From Candidatus Hydrogenedentota bacterium (GTDB lineage: Bacteria > Hydrogenedentota > Hydrogenedentia > Hydrogenedentales > JAEUWI01), in the NCBI GenBank assembly GCA_034669905.1, contig JAXMOL010000020.1, forward strand, positions 69,147 through 133,146: a stretch of 64,000 nucleotides of DNA, written 5' to 3'. The position numbers were made by a program, and so were the translations under genes. Below, in pieces: positions 1 through 9,303 of the stretch (positions are counted from its first letter, which is position 1; the number at the start of each line of letters is the position of its first letter). Under the pieces are notes generated by a model. It had not been told where the DNA came from, searched no databases, and saw nothing but the letters and a program-made list of their open reading frames with translations.

Positions 1-1005
1 CACCTTGCGCCGCGTTGCCGGGAGCGCCTTGGTAAGTTCGGCGATAAAATCGACGAGGAGTACCTGCTCATAGTGGTGGTGTTTGATAGATAGGCGCTCC
101 GAGTTTACGTTAATGGTCCGCGAAACATCGAGCTTGGCCGTATTGATGCCCAGGTTGATATCGGTCATAAAAGCCCCGAGTATGACGAGGCAATCGGACT
201 GCTCCACCCGTTTGCGGACGGCGTCCCGGCCCATGGCCCCTTCATAGATTCCGAGATACTGGGGGTGATCCTCGCGGACGATCGATTTGCCCAGGATGGT
301 GGCGGCCACGGGATAGCCACTGTGTTCGACCAGTTTCAAGAAGGGTTTCTGAAGGCCAAATCGATGAATCTCCACGCCACCCAGCAGCACGGGGCGTCTG
401 GCCTTGCGGAGGAGGGTGCAGGCTTCGTCCAGCGCTTCCTGAAGTACGTCGGGCGACGAGGTCGGACCTTTTGTGACTCTCTTTTTCGGGAGGGCGCAGG
501 GGGCGGCCGCCATGCCACGGGGCAGCTCGATATAGACCGGGCGTTTTCGACGAAGACATAGGGCAATGATATCGTCTATTTCGCGGGGGGCCGTGGCGGG
601 ATCTTCCAACGCGATTGCGGCGGCCGTTACTTTCTCGAAAATCTGGAGCTGGGTCATGTGATCGCGCACCTGGTGGTGTAGCAGGGGAGATCGTTGACGC
701 TCCTCCAGCCCCGGTGCCCCACAAACCACGATCAGGGGGGACTTCTCAGCATAGGCGCCGGCCACCGCATTTAGGGCATTGAAGCCTCCGACACAATAGG
801 TGACACAGAGTGCCCCAACGCCGTTGACCCGCGCGTAGGCGTCCGCCGCGAATCCGGCGCCGAGTTCCGTACTGGTGCCCACGTGTTCCAGGGGACTTGC
901 TATCAACTGGGTGTAAAAGTCCAGGATGTAGTCGCCGGGAATCCCAAAGACATGCTTGACCCCTGCCCGCTCCAATTGTCGTAACAAATACGTGCCTACG
1001 TTCAT
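1..1005 (-). CDS. Thiamine-pyrophosphate-dependent alpha-keto acid decarboxylase (indolepyruvate/pyruvate decarboxylase family); 5' part only, runs off the window start
   Basis: Missing from the ORF track because it is truncated. Manual translation from ATG 1005 gives MNVGTYLLRQLERAGVKHVFGIPGDYILDFY...STELGAGFAADAYARVNGVGALCVTYCVGGFNALNAVAGAYAEKSP, the typical IpdC/PDC N-terminus. AAGGAG RBS upstream. Confidence 0.88.
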   Translation of the reverse strand, partial: MNVGTYLLRQLERAGVKHVFGIPGDYILDFYTQLIASPLEHVGTSTELGAGFAADAYARVNGVGALCVTYCVGGFNALNAVAGAYAEKSPLIVVCGAPGLEERQRSPLLHHQVRDHMTQLQIFEKVTAAAIALEDPATAPREIDDIIALCLRRKRPVYIELPRGMAAAPCALPKKRVTKGPTSSPDVLQEALDEACTLLRKARRPVLLGGVEIHRFGLQKPFLKLVEHSGYPVAATILGKSIVREDHPQYLGIYEGAMGRDAVRKRVEQSDCLVILGAFMTDINLGINTAKLDVSRTINVNSERLSIKHHHYEQVLLVDFIAELTKALPATRRKV

Positions 1006-1249
1006 CGTCAACTCCTTCTCCGGTTCGGGTGGAACGCCACTCGAGACCGTTTTGGACTCGTTTTCCGATTGCGTGTTTTGCACGGCATCTGCCGCTGGAT
1101 GAACCGCTTGTCCACCCCTTTCATGGTACCAGACGGGCGGGCCGACGAATAGTCACCCGGCCTTCCAGGGCCTGTGCTAATCTAAGGGAAGATGGCAACT
1201 CTCGGGAGCTCACGATGATGGGGCCCCGGTTTAGCAGAAGGAACAGGCT

Positions 1250-2035
1250 ATGAAAATCGAATCGAACGGCCGGTCGCTTGTTGGCCCGGAGATTGAAGGC
1301 TCCGCCGGAGATGACCGGCTACAGGGCATACTACTGTCCCGCAAGGAGGCGCTGGCGGTCTTGGCGGGTGTGGGCACGACGCTTGTCGGCTTTTCACCGC
1401 CGACCTCGGCAGAAGACGGCGTGGCTTCTGCCCCGTGCGTTGTCCTCCCTGAGATGACGGAGGGGCCCTTTTATGTCAATAGCGGACTTGAACGCTCAGA
1501 TATTCGGGCGTCGCGCCCTGGAGGTGAGCCGGTGCCAGGTGCATTACTGGCACTCGCTTTTCGGGTCTTCGAACTGCAGGGTGGGGGATGCGTCCCGCTG
1601 CCGGGCGCGGTGGTGGACATCTGGCACTGTGACGCGGCCGGCCGCTACTCGGGCGTTCGCGACCGCTCGGGGAGCACAGTGTCCGAATCTTTTTTGCGGG
1701 GCTTCCAGGTTACCGACGAAGGGGGGCGCGCTCGATTCACAACAATCTATCCCGGTTGGTACCGTGGCCGTGCCGTGCACATTCACGTTAAGATTCGGTC
1801 GGCCGTGAGTGCGGCGAAGGGATATGAATTCGCCTCGCAGCTATTCTTCGATGACGAACTGTCGGACCGAGTACAGGGTGTTCCGCCGTATACGGAAAAT
1901 GGGGTGCGGGACAAGCGCAATGTTCAGGACAGCATTTTCCGCGCGGGGGGTGACCAGTTGACCCTGGACGTCACGGAGAAGGCGGGGGGATACAGTGCGG
2001 TGCTGGATATTGCTATCGATGTGGGGCGCCCATAA
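1250..2035 (+). CDS. Intradiol ring-cleavage dioxygenase-like protein
   Basis: TEGPFY, VDIWHCDAAGRYSG, FLRGFQVTD, TIYPGWYRGRAVHIHVK (Tyr/Tyr/His/His iron ligands), SQLFFDD; TAT-like leader SRKEAL. Confidence 0.88.
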   Translation: MKIESNGRSLVGPEIEGSAGDDRLQGILLSRKEALAVLAGVGTTLVGFSPPTSAEDGVASAPCVVLPEMTEGPFYVNSGLERSDIRASRPGGEPVPGALLALAFRVFELQGGGCVPLPGAVVDIWHCDAAGRYSGVRDRSGSTVSESFLRGFQVTDEGGRARFTTIYPGWYRGRAVHIHVKIRSAVSAAKGYEFASQLFFDDELSDRVQGVPPYTENGVRDKRNVQDSIFRAGGDQLTLDVTEKAGGYSAVLDIAIDVGRP

Positions 2036-2095
2036 AAAATTCCCCAGCGCGTGTGCTTGCCTTCCGTGGCGCACGTGCCCTGGGGAAAGAAGTTG

Positions 2096-3520
2096 CTAGC
2101 CGATGGGACGGGGAGCCGTCCGCAGGGCGATGTTCTGCATTTCAAGCCCTTTGACCTCGTGATAGATATCGGAGAGCCGATCTCGTGCCCGCTCATCGTA
2201 GAGGGTCGTTCGCAAATGCTCTAGGACGGGGAGTACCGTTTCAAGGGGGAGTGTCTTCAGCAGTTCGACGCCTAATTCACTGGGGCGACGGGAGCCTTTG
2301 CCTTCTGCGGTAGCCAACTTGATGGCCATCAGGAGTGCCCCATGCCTATCCGGGTGGCTGAGCAGGGCGCGATACGCACTTTCCACTTCATCGGGGCGGG
2401 ATCCACAACAAAGATCGCGTATAACTTGTTGGTGGGTCAGCAGATCTTCTGAAGCGGGATTCCCATTCAGGGTGCGGATCGCCAGGGAGGAATCGATGTA
2501 GTACAGGGGGGAATAAGGCGCGGATTTTATCTCTTCCAGTAGGGGCACGGCTTCTTTCCAGTCATGTTGAATCGCGGCCCGTATGCTGGCGATGTAGAAG
2601 GGTTTCTCGGAACTCTCGATGGAAAGGTTGTCCAGGTAGGCCTGTTTCGCAAGGGGACTGAAGGTGCTGGACAATGCCGCGCGCGCTCTCACTTTCGTAT
2701 CTGGGGATTCATAGAGTCGCAAAAGGGCGTCAATACTTTTCTCGCTGTTTACCATGCCCAGGGCGTGAATGGCGAAGTCAACGGAGTCCAGTTGGGGGTT
2801 GTGGACTTCCCGAAGAAGAATCGGGAGCGCCCTGTCACCAAATACGTTTGCGAGATTCCGTATCGCGATGCCACGGTCCCGTCGGCTTGTTGCGTGCTCA
2901 ATACTCTCCACCAAGAGGTTGAAGCGCTCCTCGCCCCCTTCCAGTTTCATCGTGGTCCGGAGGTGATCCTGCTGGCCCATTTCCATGTGGCCATACCAAT
3001 GGAATCCTTCCCCAACCCCCATATAGACGGGGCGCATTAAGTCCTCAGGGTCCGATGTATCCCACATAATGGTACTGACGGGGGGGGGCGGTAGATTTCC
3101 GGTGGGTACTAAGACAATATCCGCAAACTCCCAATCGCCGCGGGACGTAAAGTCTCGCTGGCCCCGGGTTTTGTCCCGTTGAAGCAAGATGCGAAATCCC
3201 CGCTGATCCGCGACAGGTACGACGGCGGTGCCATCACAGTGGACGACATTCGATGCGAATACAATGTTGCTCACCTGTTTTGCCAGGGGGTAAATCTGGG
3301 ACCGGGTATCAACCTCTCCGTAGGGCCCTGCGGCGTTTTCGATCGGGGGGGTGCCCAGAGAAAGGGCCGACTGCAATGATTCGGGAATGCCGTACAGGGC
3401 GATGGTCGTTGTGGCGGTCATGGCGAGCAGTACGAGAACCGTCTCTCCCAGGCTGGGTGCTCTTTTGTCGCTGTGAGTCATAAGGGTCCTCCGCATCATG
3501 TCGTTGGTGACGCATGACAT
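2096..3520 (-). CDS. HEAT/PBS-lyase-like repeat protein with N-terminal membrane anchor (start uncertain)
   Basis: 474 aa ORF; hydrophobic N-terminal segment; helical repeats such as RGIAIRNLANVFGDRALPILL, DFAIHALGMVNSEKSIDALLRLYESPDTKVRARAAL. Confidence 0.65.
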   Translation of the reverse strand: MSCVTNDMMRRTLMTHSDKRAPSLGETVLVLLAMTATTTIALYGIPESLQSALSLGTPPIENAAGPYGEVDTRSQIYPLAKQVSNIVFASNVVHCDGTAVVPVADQRGFRILLQRDKTRGQRDFTSRGDWEFADIVLVPTGNLPPPPVSTIMWDTSDPEDLMRPVYMGVGEGFHWYGHMEMGQQDHLRTTMKLEGGEERFNLLVESIEHATSRRDRGIAIRNLANVFGDRALPILLREVHNPQLDSVDFAIHALGMVNSEKSIDALLRLYESPDTKVRARAALSSTFSPLAKQAYLDNLSIESSEKPFYIASIRAAIQHDWKEAVPLLEEIKSAPYSPLYYIDSSLAIRTLNGNPASEDLLTHQQVIRDLCCGSRPDEVESAYRALLSHPDRHGALLMAIKLATAEGKGSRRPSELGVELLKTLPLETVLPVLEHLRTTLYDERARDRLSDIYHEVKGLEMQNIALRTAPRPIG

Positions 3521-3942
3521 CTTGCATTAAAATTTTACCCCCGGATCGGAATGCTGTCCACGGGCCCTGCCGTCTATACCGTGTCATAGCGATAGAAAAG
3601 GGCCGGATTAGGGAGAAGGGCTGGAAGGACGTAATAGTTTCGTTATATATGGTGAGAGGGAGGAGACTGGGCTTGCCCAATAGGTCCGGAAGGTGCCGGG
3701 TGCTCAGCGACGGCGGCGATGCCTTTTGTTTGAGGGGGGCTATTGGCGCATCGATAGTATCGGAGGTCGATGCGAATTCTCCGTTACGAAAGGTAGCGTA
3801 TTTTCTCTTGAACCCGAATTTGCTTGAGGTGTGACGATTGTATGACAAGACATGAAGAATTCACGATGCGGGCCATATGTGCCACCGAAAAGTCGAAAAT
3901 GTCGGGTTCTGGCGGCTTGCAGGAAGGGGGGTAACGGGAGCA

Positions 3943-3975
3943 CGATCGGCCTCCCCCTGGCTGGGAGGCCGATCG
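3943..3975. terminator. GC-rich hairpin downstream of the PL26-like gene
   Basis: CGATCGGCCTCCC-N7-GGGAGGCCGATCG perfect 13-bp stem, 12 bp past the stop at 3988; weak U-tract. Confidence 0.5.
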
Positions 3976-3987
3976 GTAGGCGCAGGC

Positions 3988-6522
3988 CTACGGGGTTTCC
4001 GATGTCAGTTGTGCGACCCAGGGGAAGGCGTAGGGGAAGTTGTAGAGGGTGATTGAGTTGCTGTTGGTTTGAAAGGAGTTGGTCCCGTGCATCGCAACAT
4101 GGCGGGGACGTTCCAGGGGGCCGTCGCCACCGACTACAACCATTTCCTGGGCGGGATTCTCCAGGGCCATTCGAACAGTCTCCAGGTAGCGCGGATCTTT
4201 CGTATGCCGATAGGCGAAGGCGGCCACGTGGAGGTGGGTGTGGGCACCCTGCGGGCCCGTGCCGAAATGGAGTTGGCGTTCTTTGGCGAACTCTTCCGTT
4301 TCGAGGAGAAGGGTCGCCCACTTCAATACCCGCTCCGTAATGACAGGATTGTTCGTCAGGTTGCTGGTTTCCATGAGCACGCGCAGGGGGCCGAAGAAGG
4401 TGAGGAAATAGTCGGCGAGCATCGGGGTGCCGTCGGCTACGCTTCCTTCGCCGGTGGCCAGGTCGAGGGAAAACTGGGCAGGGAAACCGTAGCCCCCGAT
4501 GGGATTCGAGCAGAAGGTCTCGGCAACCCGTTGCAGCTGTTCACCGTAGGCAGGGTCCCCCGTGCTTTCCCACAGGTAAAGCAGGGCCGTGGCGCCCACG
4601 GCGAAATCCATGGCGGGGTAAGTCACGGGGCCTGCCCCCTTGGGAAGTTGCTCATAACTGAAACGGATCCGGTCGGCCGTGTGCTCATCGCCGGAGAGGA
4701 AGTGGTAGATTCGCTTGTTCTGCGCGATGGTCATGCGGCGCTCACGGTTGGTGCCGCCCCAGTGATTCACATTGTGTCGCATACCCCGGCCCGCCAGGGG
4801 ACCGAGTTGAAACATGTCCACATCCTGCACGTGGCGGGTCATGGCTTCGACAAAGCGATAGCACCGCTCGTCGCCGGTAGCGAGGTAGGCCATCCAGTAG
4901 GAGTCGCTGATTTGTCCTTCATTGTTCAGCCAGGCGTAGCCCCCTTCGTCGAAGCGCCAGAGATCCTTCGCGGCATTGAAACTGTGCATGACATCGCCAT
5001 AGTCGATGAAGGAGTACCAGCGGTTCCGTTCCTGCTCATCGATATGGAGGTTCATGGCCGTCTTGAAATATTCCACACCGGGGCCTGTTTCCGGCATGGC
5101 GCTAAAATGGCCGAATACACCGCTGGCCCCCATCCACGCCGGGCTGGACCGCAACAATGGTTGACGCTGGAAGAGGAGTGCCTGCGCGGCGCTCCGAGTG
5201 AGGGGAGCGTTGGGTGCACCGAAATCCAGCAGGACTTCGGAGGATTTCGATATGCCGGTGGCATTGGAGATGTCGTGGTTAAATGGCGAGGCGGGTTTTC
5301 CGGCGGGCCCTGCACCCGCCTCGTAGAGGGCGTGATACCCCCAGTCGGAGTAGCGGCGGAGGTCAAGGGCATCGGCGTGGGGGGAATAGAACCAGGCCGT
5401 CAGGCTTCGGTCCACGGCGTCTATTTCGATGGCCTTGGGATATTCCTGCCAGAAGTTGCGCACCGCCGCGCTGATATAGCCCGACGCAGTTTCAAGTCGG
5501 CCCCAGCCCTGGGAGCGGGTGCCTGCCGTTGCGCGCAGCAGGGAATTGGTTTCGGGGTTGATGACCTTCTTGATGGTATAGGCATCGGCACTGTGCTGGG
5601 TGAGGAGTCCCCGGCGCCAGGCAGGCAGGGAGGGGTCGACCACATAGGTGGTGGGGAAACCGGTTCCCCGTTCTTCCGCAAGGGTGTATCCTACGACGCT
5701 TTCCGGTGTGGCGGTCAGGCGAAGGCCAATGCCCCGGATGAAATCGTGTCGGGCGTCGCCGTCGAAGATGAAGGTGTGGTAGAGCCGAATGCGCGTGTCA
5801 TTCTTGTAAGCGTAAAGACGGACCGTGTAGGGCGCGAAGGTGCTACCGTCTTCGGACTGATGTACGCCGTCGAGTCGGATGACGGCCACGGTGGGGCTGG
5901 CTTCTTCCAACGTGGCGGAAAACTGGTGGGTGTCGTGATTGGCGTTGAAGGTCATGGGCGTGGTGGCCTCGCCCGATTTCCGGTCGAGGTGGACGACCAG
6001 CTCCGCGCTCTCACGGCCGGAAAGCATGTTGACCCACGTATCGTCGATGCGCACAGACAGGTCGGTGAGGAGATTGGCCTCGGTGCGGCCCACGGTAAAG
6101 CGGAGGGCACCGGTGTCGACGTGAATCGCCGAGTCGTCCTGATGGGCGAAGCCCGTCTGAGGAAGCGCCGCGTCCGTCGTATTTTCGAGGGTGAACTGGC
6201 GGGTGCCCATGGCCGCGATGTCGGGCTGCATACGGACCAACACCCATTTGACGCTGCCATCGGGCCAGAAGGCGGTCACCTTGACTTCAGCGTCCACCGG
6301 CGTACCGGAGTCGTCGGATACCGAGAAGGCGTCCTCGGGCTGGGCATGGCCCCGGGGGAGGGGAATGCCCCCCTGTAGGAAGAAATGGTTCTGGTCGACG
6401 TCGATAAAGTTTTCGACGGTGAAGGGTACGGGCGGAGATGCCGCGTGGGCTCCCGTGCTTAAGCCGATCAGGAAGCTAAGCACGGCGCATAGGATTTGGG
6501 AACGAATTTGGGGATTCTTCAA
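3988..6522 (-). CDS. YetA/PcRGLX-like exo-rhamnogalacturonan lyase (PL26-like), secreted
   Basis: GIPLPRG...AFWPDGSVKWV N-terminal barrel; DALDLRRY; YGDVMHSF...WRFDEGGYAWLNNE; AMTRHVQDVD; GMRHNVNHWG. Likely TTG start at 6522 (AAGGA RBS) followed by a signal peptide ending AHA. Confidence 0.8.
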   Translation of the reverse strand: MKNPQIRSQILCAVLSFLIGLSTGAHAASPPVPFTVENFIDVDQNHFFLQGGIPLPRGHAQPEDAFSVSDDSGTPVDAEVKVTAFWPDGSVKWVLVRMQPDIAAMGTRQFTLENTTDAALPQTGFAHQDDSAIHVDTGALRFTVGRTEANLLTDLSVRIDDTWVNMLSGRESAELVVHLDRKSGEATTPMTFNANHDTHQFSATLEEASPTVAVIRLDGVHQSEDGSTFAPYTVRLYAYKNDTRIRLYHTFIFDGDARHDFIRGIGLRLTATPESVVGYTLAEERGTGFPTTYVVDPSLPAWRRGLLTQHSADAYTIKKVINPETNSLLRATAGTRSQGWGRLETASGYISAAVRNFWQEYPKAIEIDAVDRSLTAWFYSPHADALDLRRYSDWGYHALYEAGAGPAGKPASPFNHDISNATGISKSSEVLLDFGAPNAPLTRSAAQALLFQRQPLLRSSPAWMGASGVFGHFSAMPETGPGVEYFKTAMNLHIDEQERNRWYSFIDYGDVMHSFNAAKDLWRFDEGGYAWLNNEGQISDSYWMAYLATGDERCYRFVEAMTRHVQDVDMFQLGPLAGRGMRHNVNHWGGTNRERRMTIAQNKRIYHFLSGDEHTADRIRFSYEQLPKGAGPVTYPAMDFAVGATALLYLWESTGDPAYGEQLQRVAETFCSNPIGGYGFPAQFSLDLATGEGSVADGTPMLADYFLTFFGPLRVLMETSNLTNNPVITERVLKWATLLLETEEFAKERQLHFGTGPQGAHTHLHVAAFAYRHTKDPRYLETVRMALENPAQEMVVVGGDGPLERPRHVAMHGTNSFQTNSNSITLYNFPYAFPWVAQLTSETP

Positions 6523-6551
6523 GGTACTACATCCTTTGTTGATAAGGCATT

Positions 6552-6627
6552 TTGTGGTCTTTGCGTTTTTTGTGGTTAATTCCTGTGAGGACGTTGTTAA
6601 CCACGAGAACGCCAAGCGCACAGAGAG
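6552..6627. repeat. Inverted pair of 9-bp-periodic CCAC(A/G)-type short repeats
   Basis: TTGTGGTCTTTGCGTTTTTTGTGGTTAA ... TTAACCACGAGAACGCCAAGCGCACAGAG. Confidence 0.55.
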
Positions 6628-6691
6628 ATAGATTGATTGACGCCAACGGTGAGGTGCTGACGAGGTGCTCAGGTGTTGTTATTCAGGCCGA

Positions 6692-8665
6692 TCACTTCAC
6701 CCACACGGGGGAGGACCAGGCCATGGCCACCCGCTTGTGAATCAGTTTGTGCTGGCGTAATCGGAAGTAGTAAATCGCGCCGGGCTGGCTCTCGGCGTCT
6801 TCCCAGGTAGCTTCAAAATCGAGGGCCTTGGGCTCCCAGCGTTGCACCACGGTGAAGGCCTCCGCACCGGGCTGAAGGCGCAAGAGCTCCACAAAATCGA
6901 TGGTGTCCGTACCGTGGGCCCGGAGGGCAATGCGGGCGGTGGATTCGTGGGCGGCCGTTTGTCCCATGGGGGTGTCGTTCACCGTGAAGTCGAGGATGAT
7001 CTTCGCTCCGGTGGTGGCGTAGGTGTGGCGGTCGTAGAGCCCCTGGAAGATGGCGTCCCGCGTGAGGTCGGTGGCACGAATGGCGGCCAGCCCATACATG
7101 GCGTTGCCGGGCTGGGCCCGATGGTCGTCCGACGATGCGATGGCCGAGACCTGGAGTCCCATCTGCCACGCGTCCTGGAGGTTTCCTTTGCCCTCGGCGC
7201 TCTTGGCGTCAGACGTAAACTTGCTGAACTCGAAGGCCAGGGGGTGGGTGGGGTCGTAGGATTCACTCAGGCCATGGCCCGAATACATTTCAAAGTTGCG
7301 GCGGAATTCCGGGTCGTGGATGGTGAAGTCGACCTTCTGGGGGAACTTGCCCGTGTGGTGGGGGATGGTGAGGGCATCACCGGCCTGCAGGGCGGCCCAG
7401 AGATTGGGTAGCTCCACGGTCTGGGGGTAGAGCAGCGGTCCGGGTTCGTCTCGGAAATACACATTGTGGTGGCCGAAGGGCGTGCCGAAGCTGCATTCAT
7501 AGGCGTGGAGCGTGACGAATTCTCCGGGCAGGTTGTAGACGTGGGTGAGGTTGTTGTACTCCTCCCAGTATTTCTTCGAGAGGCCCCGGGTCCAATTTGC
7601 GTCGGGTTCGATAGCGTGATCGGTCATGGCGTAGAAGTCGAGGCCCGCGACGAAGCGCGCGTAGCCAAAGGCATCGCGACCCACACCGTCCCAACTGTAA
7701 CTGGTGTGGGAGTGGAGGTCGCCCCAATAGACCGGCCGCTCGGGGAGGGTCTCCGCCACAATCGTGGGATTGCCCAACAATTCCCGTTCGGCATTCTCCC
7801 ACGCGGCCGTGATGCGCACTACACCGGCCGCGTTGGGCGTGACTTCAAATTCGGACCACGCGTGGTCGCGGTAGATGGTGGTGCTTTCGGGACCCGTTAC
7901 GCCTTCGGGGTAGCGCAGGGTGAAATTGGCCGGGCCCGCCGTCGGGTTAAACTCTTTGTCGAGGAGGGCGATGCGGCATTTCATGGGCTGACCGAGCACC
8001 GCGTTGGAGGGCGCGTGGAGCTGGGCATAGACCGGCTTTCCTGCGACGGCCTCAATCATGGGCGTGTAGCTTTCCATCTCGAAGCGGCTGTCGCCATCGT
8101 GGTCCAGGGCAATGAGGATGGGCAAGGCGTAGGCGGAAACGGCCGAGGCCCAATAGCCTTTACTGCCCCCCGACGTGTCGCCGTAGACGACCTGGATGGT
8201 ATCGCCCTCCTGGAGGCTGCCTTCCGCGACGATGACCCGGACCACAAAGACATAGCGTTCATTGCGGCCGTCCAGGCTTTTTTTCGCGTGCTTGATGAGC
8301 TCGTTGTCCCGTTCGTCTTCCACGATGCAGCGGAGGCTCGCTTCGCCCTGGGAGAGCTTGGCGGTGATGTAATTGTCGTGCTTCGGATCTTTGGTCTGGA
8401 GGCGTATCGCCGAGTTGCGAGGGCCCGCGTGCCACTCATCGGGAAGCTGGACGCGAATCCCACCGCCCGTGGCGATGCCGCCTTTGCCGACGGTGTAGGA
8501 AACGGTCCACGTGCCATACTCACCGGATACGCCCCGTTCGGGGGAGACGGTGGAGGTCCCCAGGTCTACCCAGGCATCGGGGGCCATGACGGGCGTGGGG
8601 ATGTCTTGGGCCGAGGCGGTGAGGGTCAGACTTAACGTGTATAGGGCAACCATAAGATGTCGCAT
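6692..8665 (-). CDS. CehA/McbA-family (DUF3604, PHP-like) metallohydrolase, secreted
   Basis: YWGDLHSHTSYSWDG, LDFYAMTDH, GHHNVYF, TIPHHTG, IASSDDH, TYATTG, AWSSPVW. Start MRHLMVALY at 8665 with signal peptide and GAGG RBS; the ORF-track extension to 9052 runs through repeats. Confidence 0.85.
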   Translation of the reverse strand: MRHLMVALYTLSLTLTASAQDIPTPVMAPDAWVDLGTSTVSPERGVSGEYGTWTVSYTVGKGGIATGGGIRVQLPDEWHAGPRNSAIRLQTKDPKHDNYITAKLSQGEASLRCIVEDERDNELIKHAKKSLDGRNERYVFVVRVIVAEGSLQEGDTIQVVYGDTSGGSKGYWASAVSAYALPILIALDHDGDSRFEMESYTPMIEAVAGKPVYAQLHAPSNAVLGQPMKCRIALLDKEFNPTAGPANFTLRYPEGVTGPESTTIYRDHAWSEFEVTPNAAGVVRITAAWENAERELLGNPTIVAETLPERPVYWGDLHSHTSYSWDGVGRDAFGYARFVAGLDFYAMTDHAIEPDANWTRGLSKKYWEEYNNLTHVYNLPGEFVTLHAYECSFGTPFGHHNVYFRDEPGPLLYPQTVELPNLWAALQAGDALTIPHHTGKFPQKVDFTIHDPEFRRNFEMYSGHGLSESYDPTHPLAFEFSKFTSDAKSAEGKGNLQDAWQMGLQVSAIASSDDHRAQPGNAMYGLAAIRATDLTRDAIFQGLYDRHTYATTGAKIILDFTVNDTPMGQTAAHESTARIALRAHGTDTIDFVELLRLQPGAEAFTVVQRWEPKALDFEATWEDAESQPGAIYYFRLRQHKLIHKRVAMAWSSPVWVK

Positions 8666-8857
8666 GGTGGATCCTCTCTGAGCGTTGTTTAGGCTACCCT
8701 GAGAATCTACACGACGCCGCGAGTTTTCACAAGCTGGAGGTGATAGGAGTGGAGGGCGGCTCATGGTGAGACTTGGCCCATGATATTGGGCGGGTTTGTC
8801 TTTGATAAGGTGGGCTGGGTTGAGGGGTGTGTTGTGCTCAGGTGGGAGCGGTTCGGC

Positions 8858-9240
8858 CAGCCCGTGGCTTCTGGGGGACGTTGGGGTGGGACGGCCAGCC
8901 CGTGGCTCCTGGGGTGACGTTTGGGTGCCACCCTCAAAGACGGGAGCTCCGCGACCGCCTTTGTGGGTGTGATCCAATCCATGGCATCGAAATCTTCTCG
9001 GGTGATCGTGGCTTCCCGAAGTCACCCACAAGCTTCTGTGGCTCCGCCACAACGCTTGAGGGTGGCACCCGTGGGTTTCTTTGGTGACGTTGGGGTGGGA
9101 GGGCTAGCCCGTGGCTTCTGGGGGACGTTGGGGTGCCAGCCTCAAAGACGGGAGCTCCGCGACCGCCTTTGTGGGTGTGGCCCAATCCATGGCATCAAAA
9201 CCTGCTCGGGTGATCGTGATTTCCCGAAGTCACCCAACGG
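8858..9240. repeat. Degenerate tandem duplication (~208 bp unit) containing a GGGTGCCACCC-type inverted-repeat element
   Basis: 8899-9028 aligns to 9108-9236; four copies of a ~38-40 bp CCCGTGG(C/G)...GACGTTGGGGTG sub-unit; perfect 15-bp inverted repeat GGGTGCCACCCTCAA (8923-8937) / TTGAGGGTGGCACCC (9056-9070). Confidence 0.85.
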
Positions 9241-9252
9241 CCCTGAAACAAT

Positions 9253-9289
9253 CGTGGCACCCTGACCTTGTGGGAGTCAGGGTGCCACG
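9253..9289. terminator. Hairpin downstream of the DUF4861 gene, built from the GGGTGCCAC motif
   Basis: CGTGGCACCCTGAC-N9-GTCAGGGTGCCACG perfect 14-bp stem. Confidence 0.5.
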
Positions 9290-9303
9290 GCAAGTGGATT
9301 GAC

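Noticed and set aside
4069..6378. 769-aa plus-strand ORF
   Set aside because: Antisense shadow of the PL26-like gene, typical of high-GC codon bias; no recognisable motifs.
8666..9052. N-terminal extension of the DUF3604 ORF and small ORFs at 8.7-9.3 kb
   Set aside because: They read through the repeat region; a better start with RBS and signal peptide lies at 8665.
8858..9135. 38-40 bp sub-repeats as a possible CRISPR array
   Set aside because: Copies are degenerate and adjacent without unique spacers; no cas genes.
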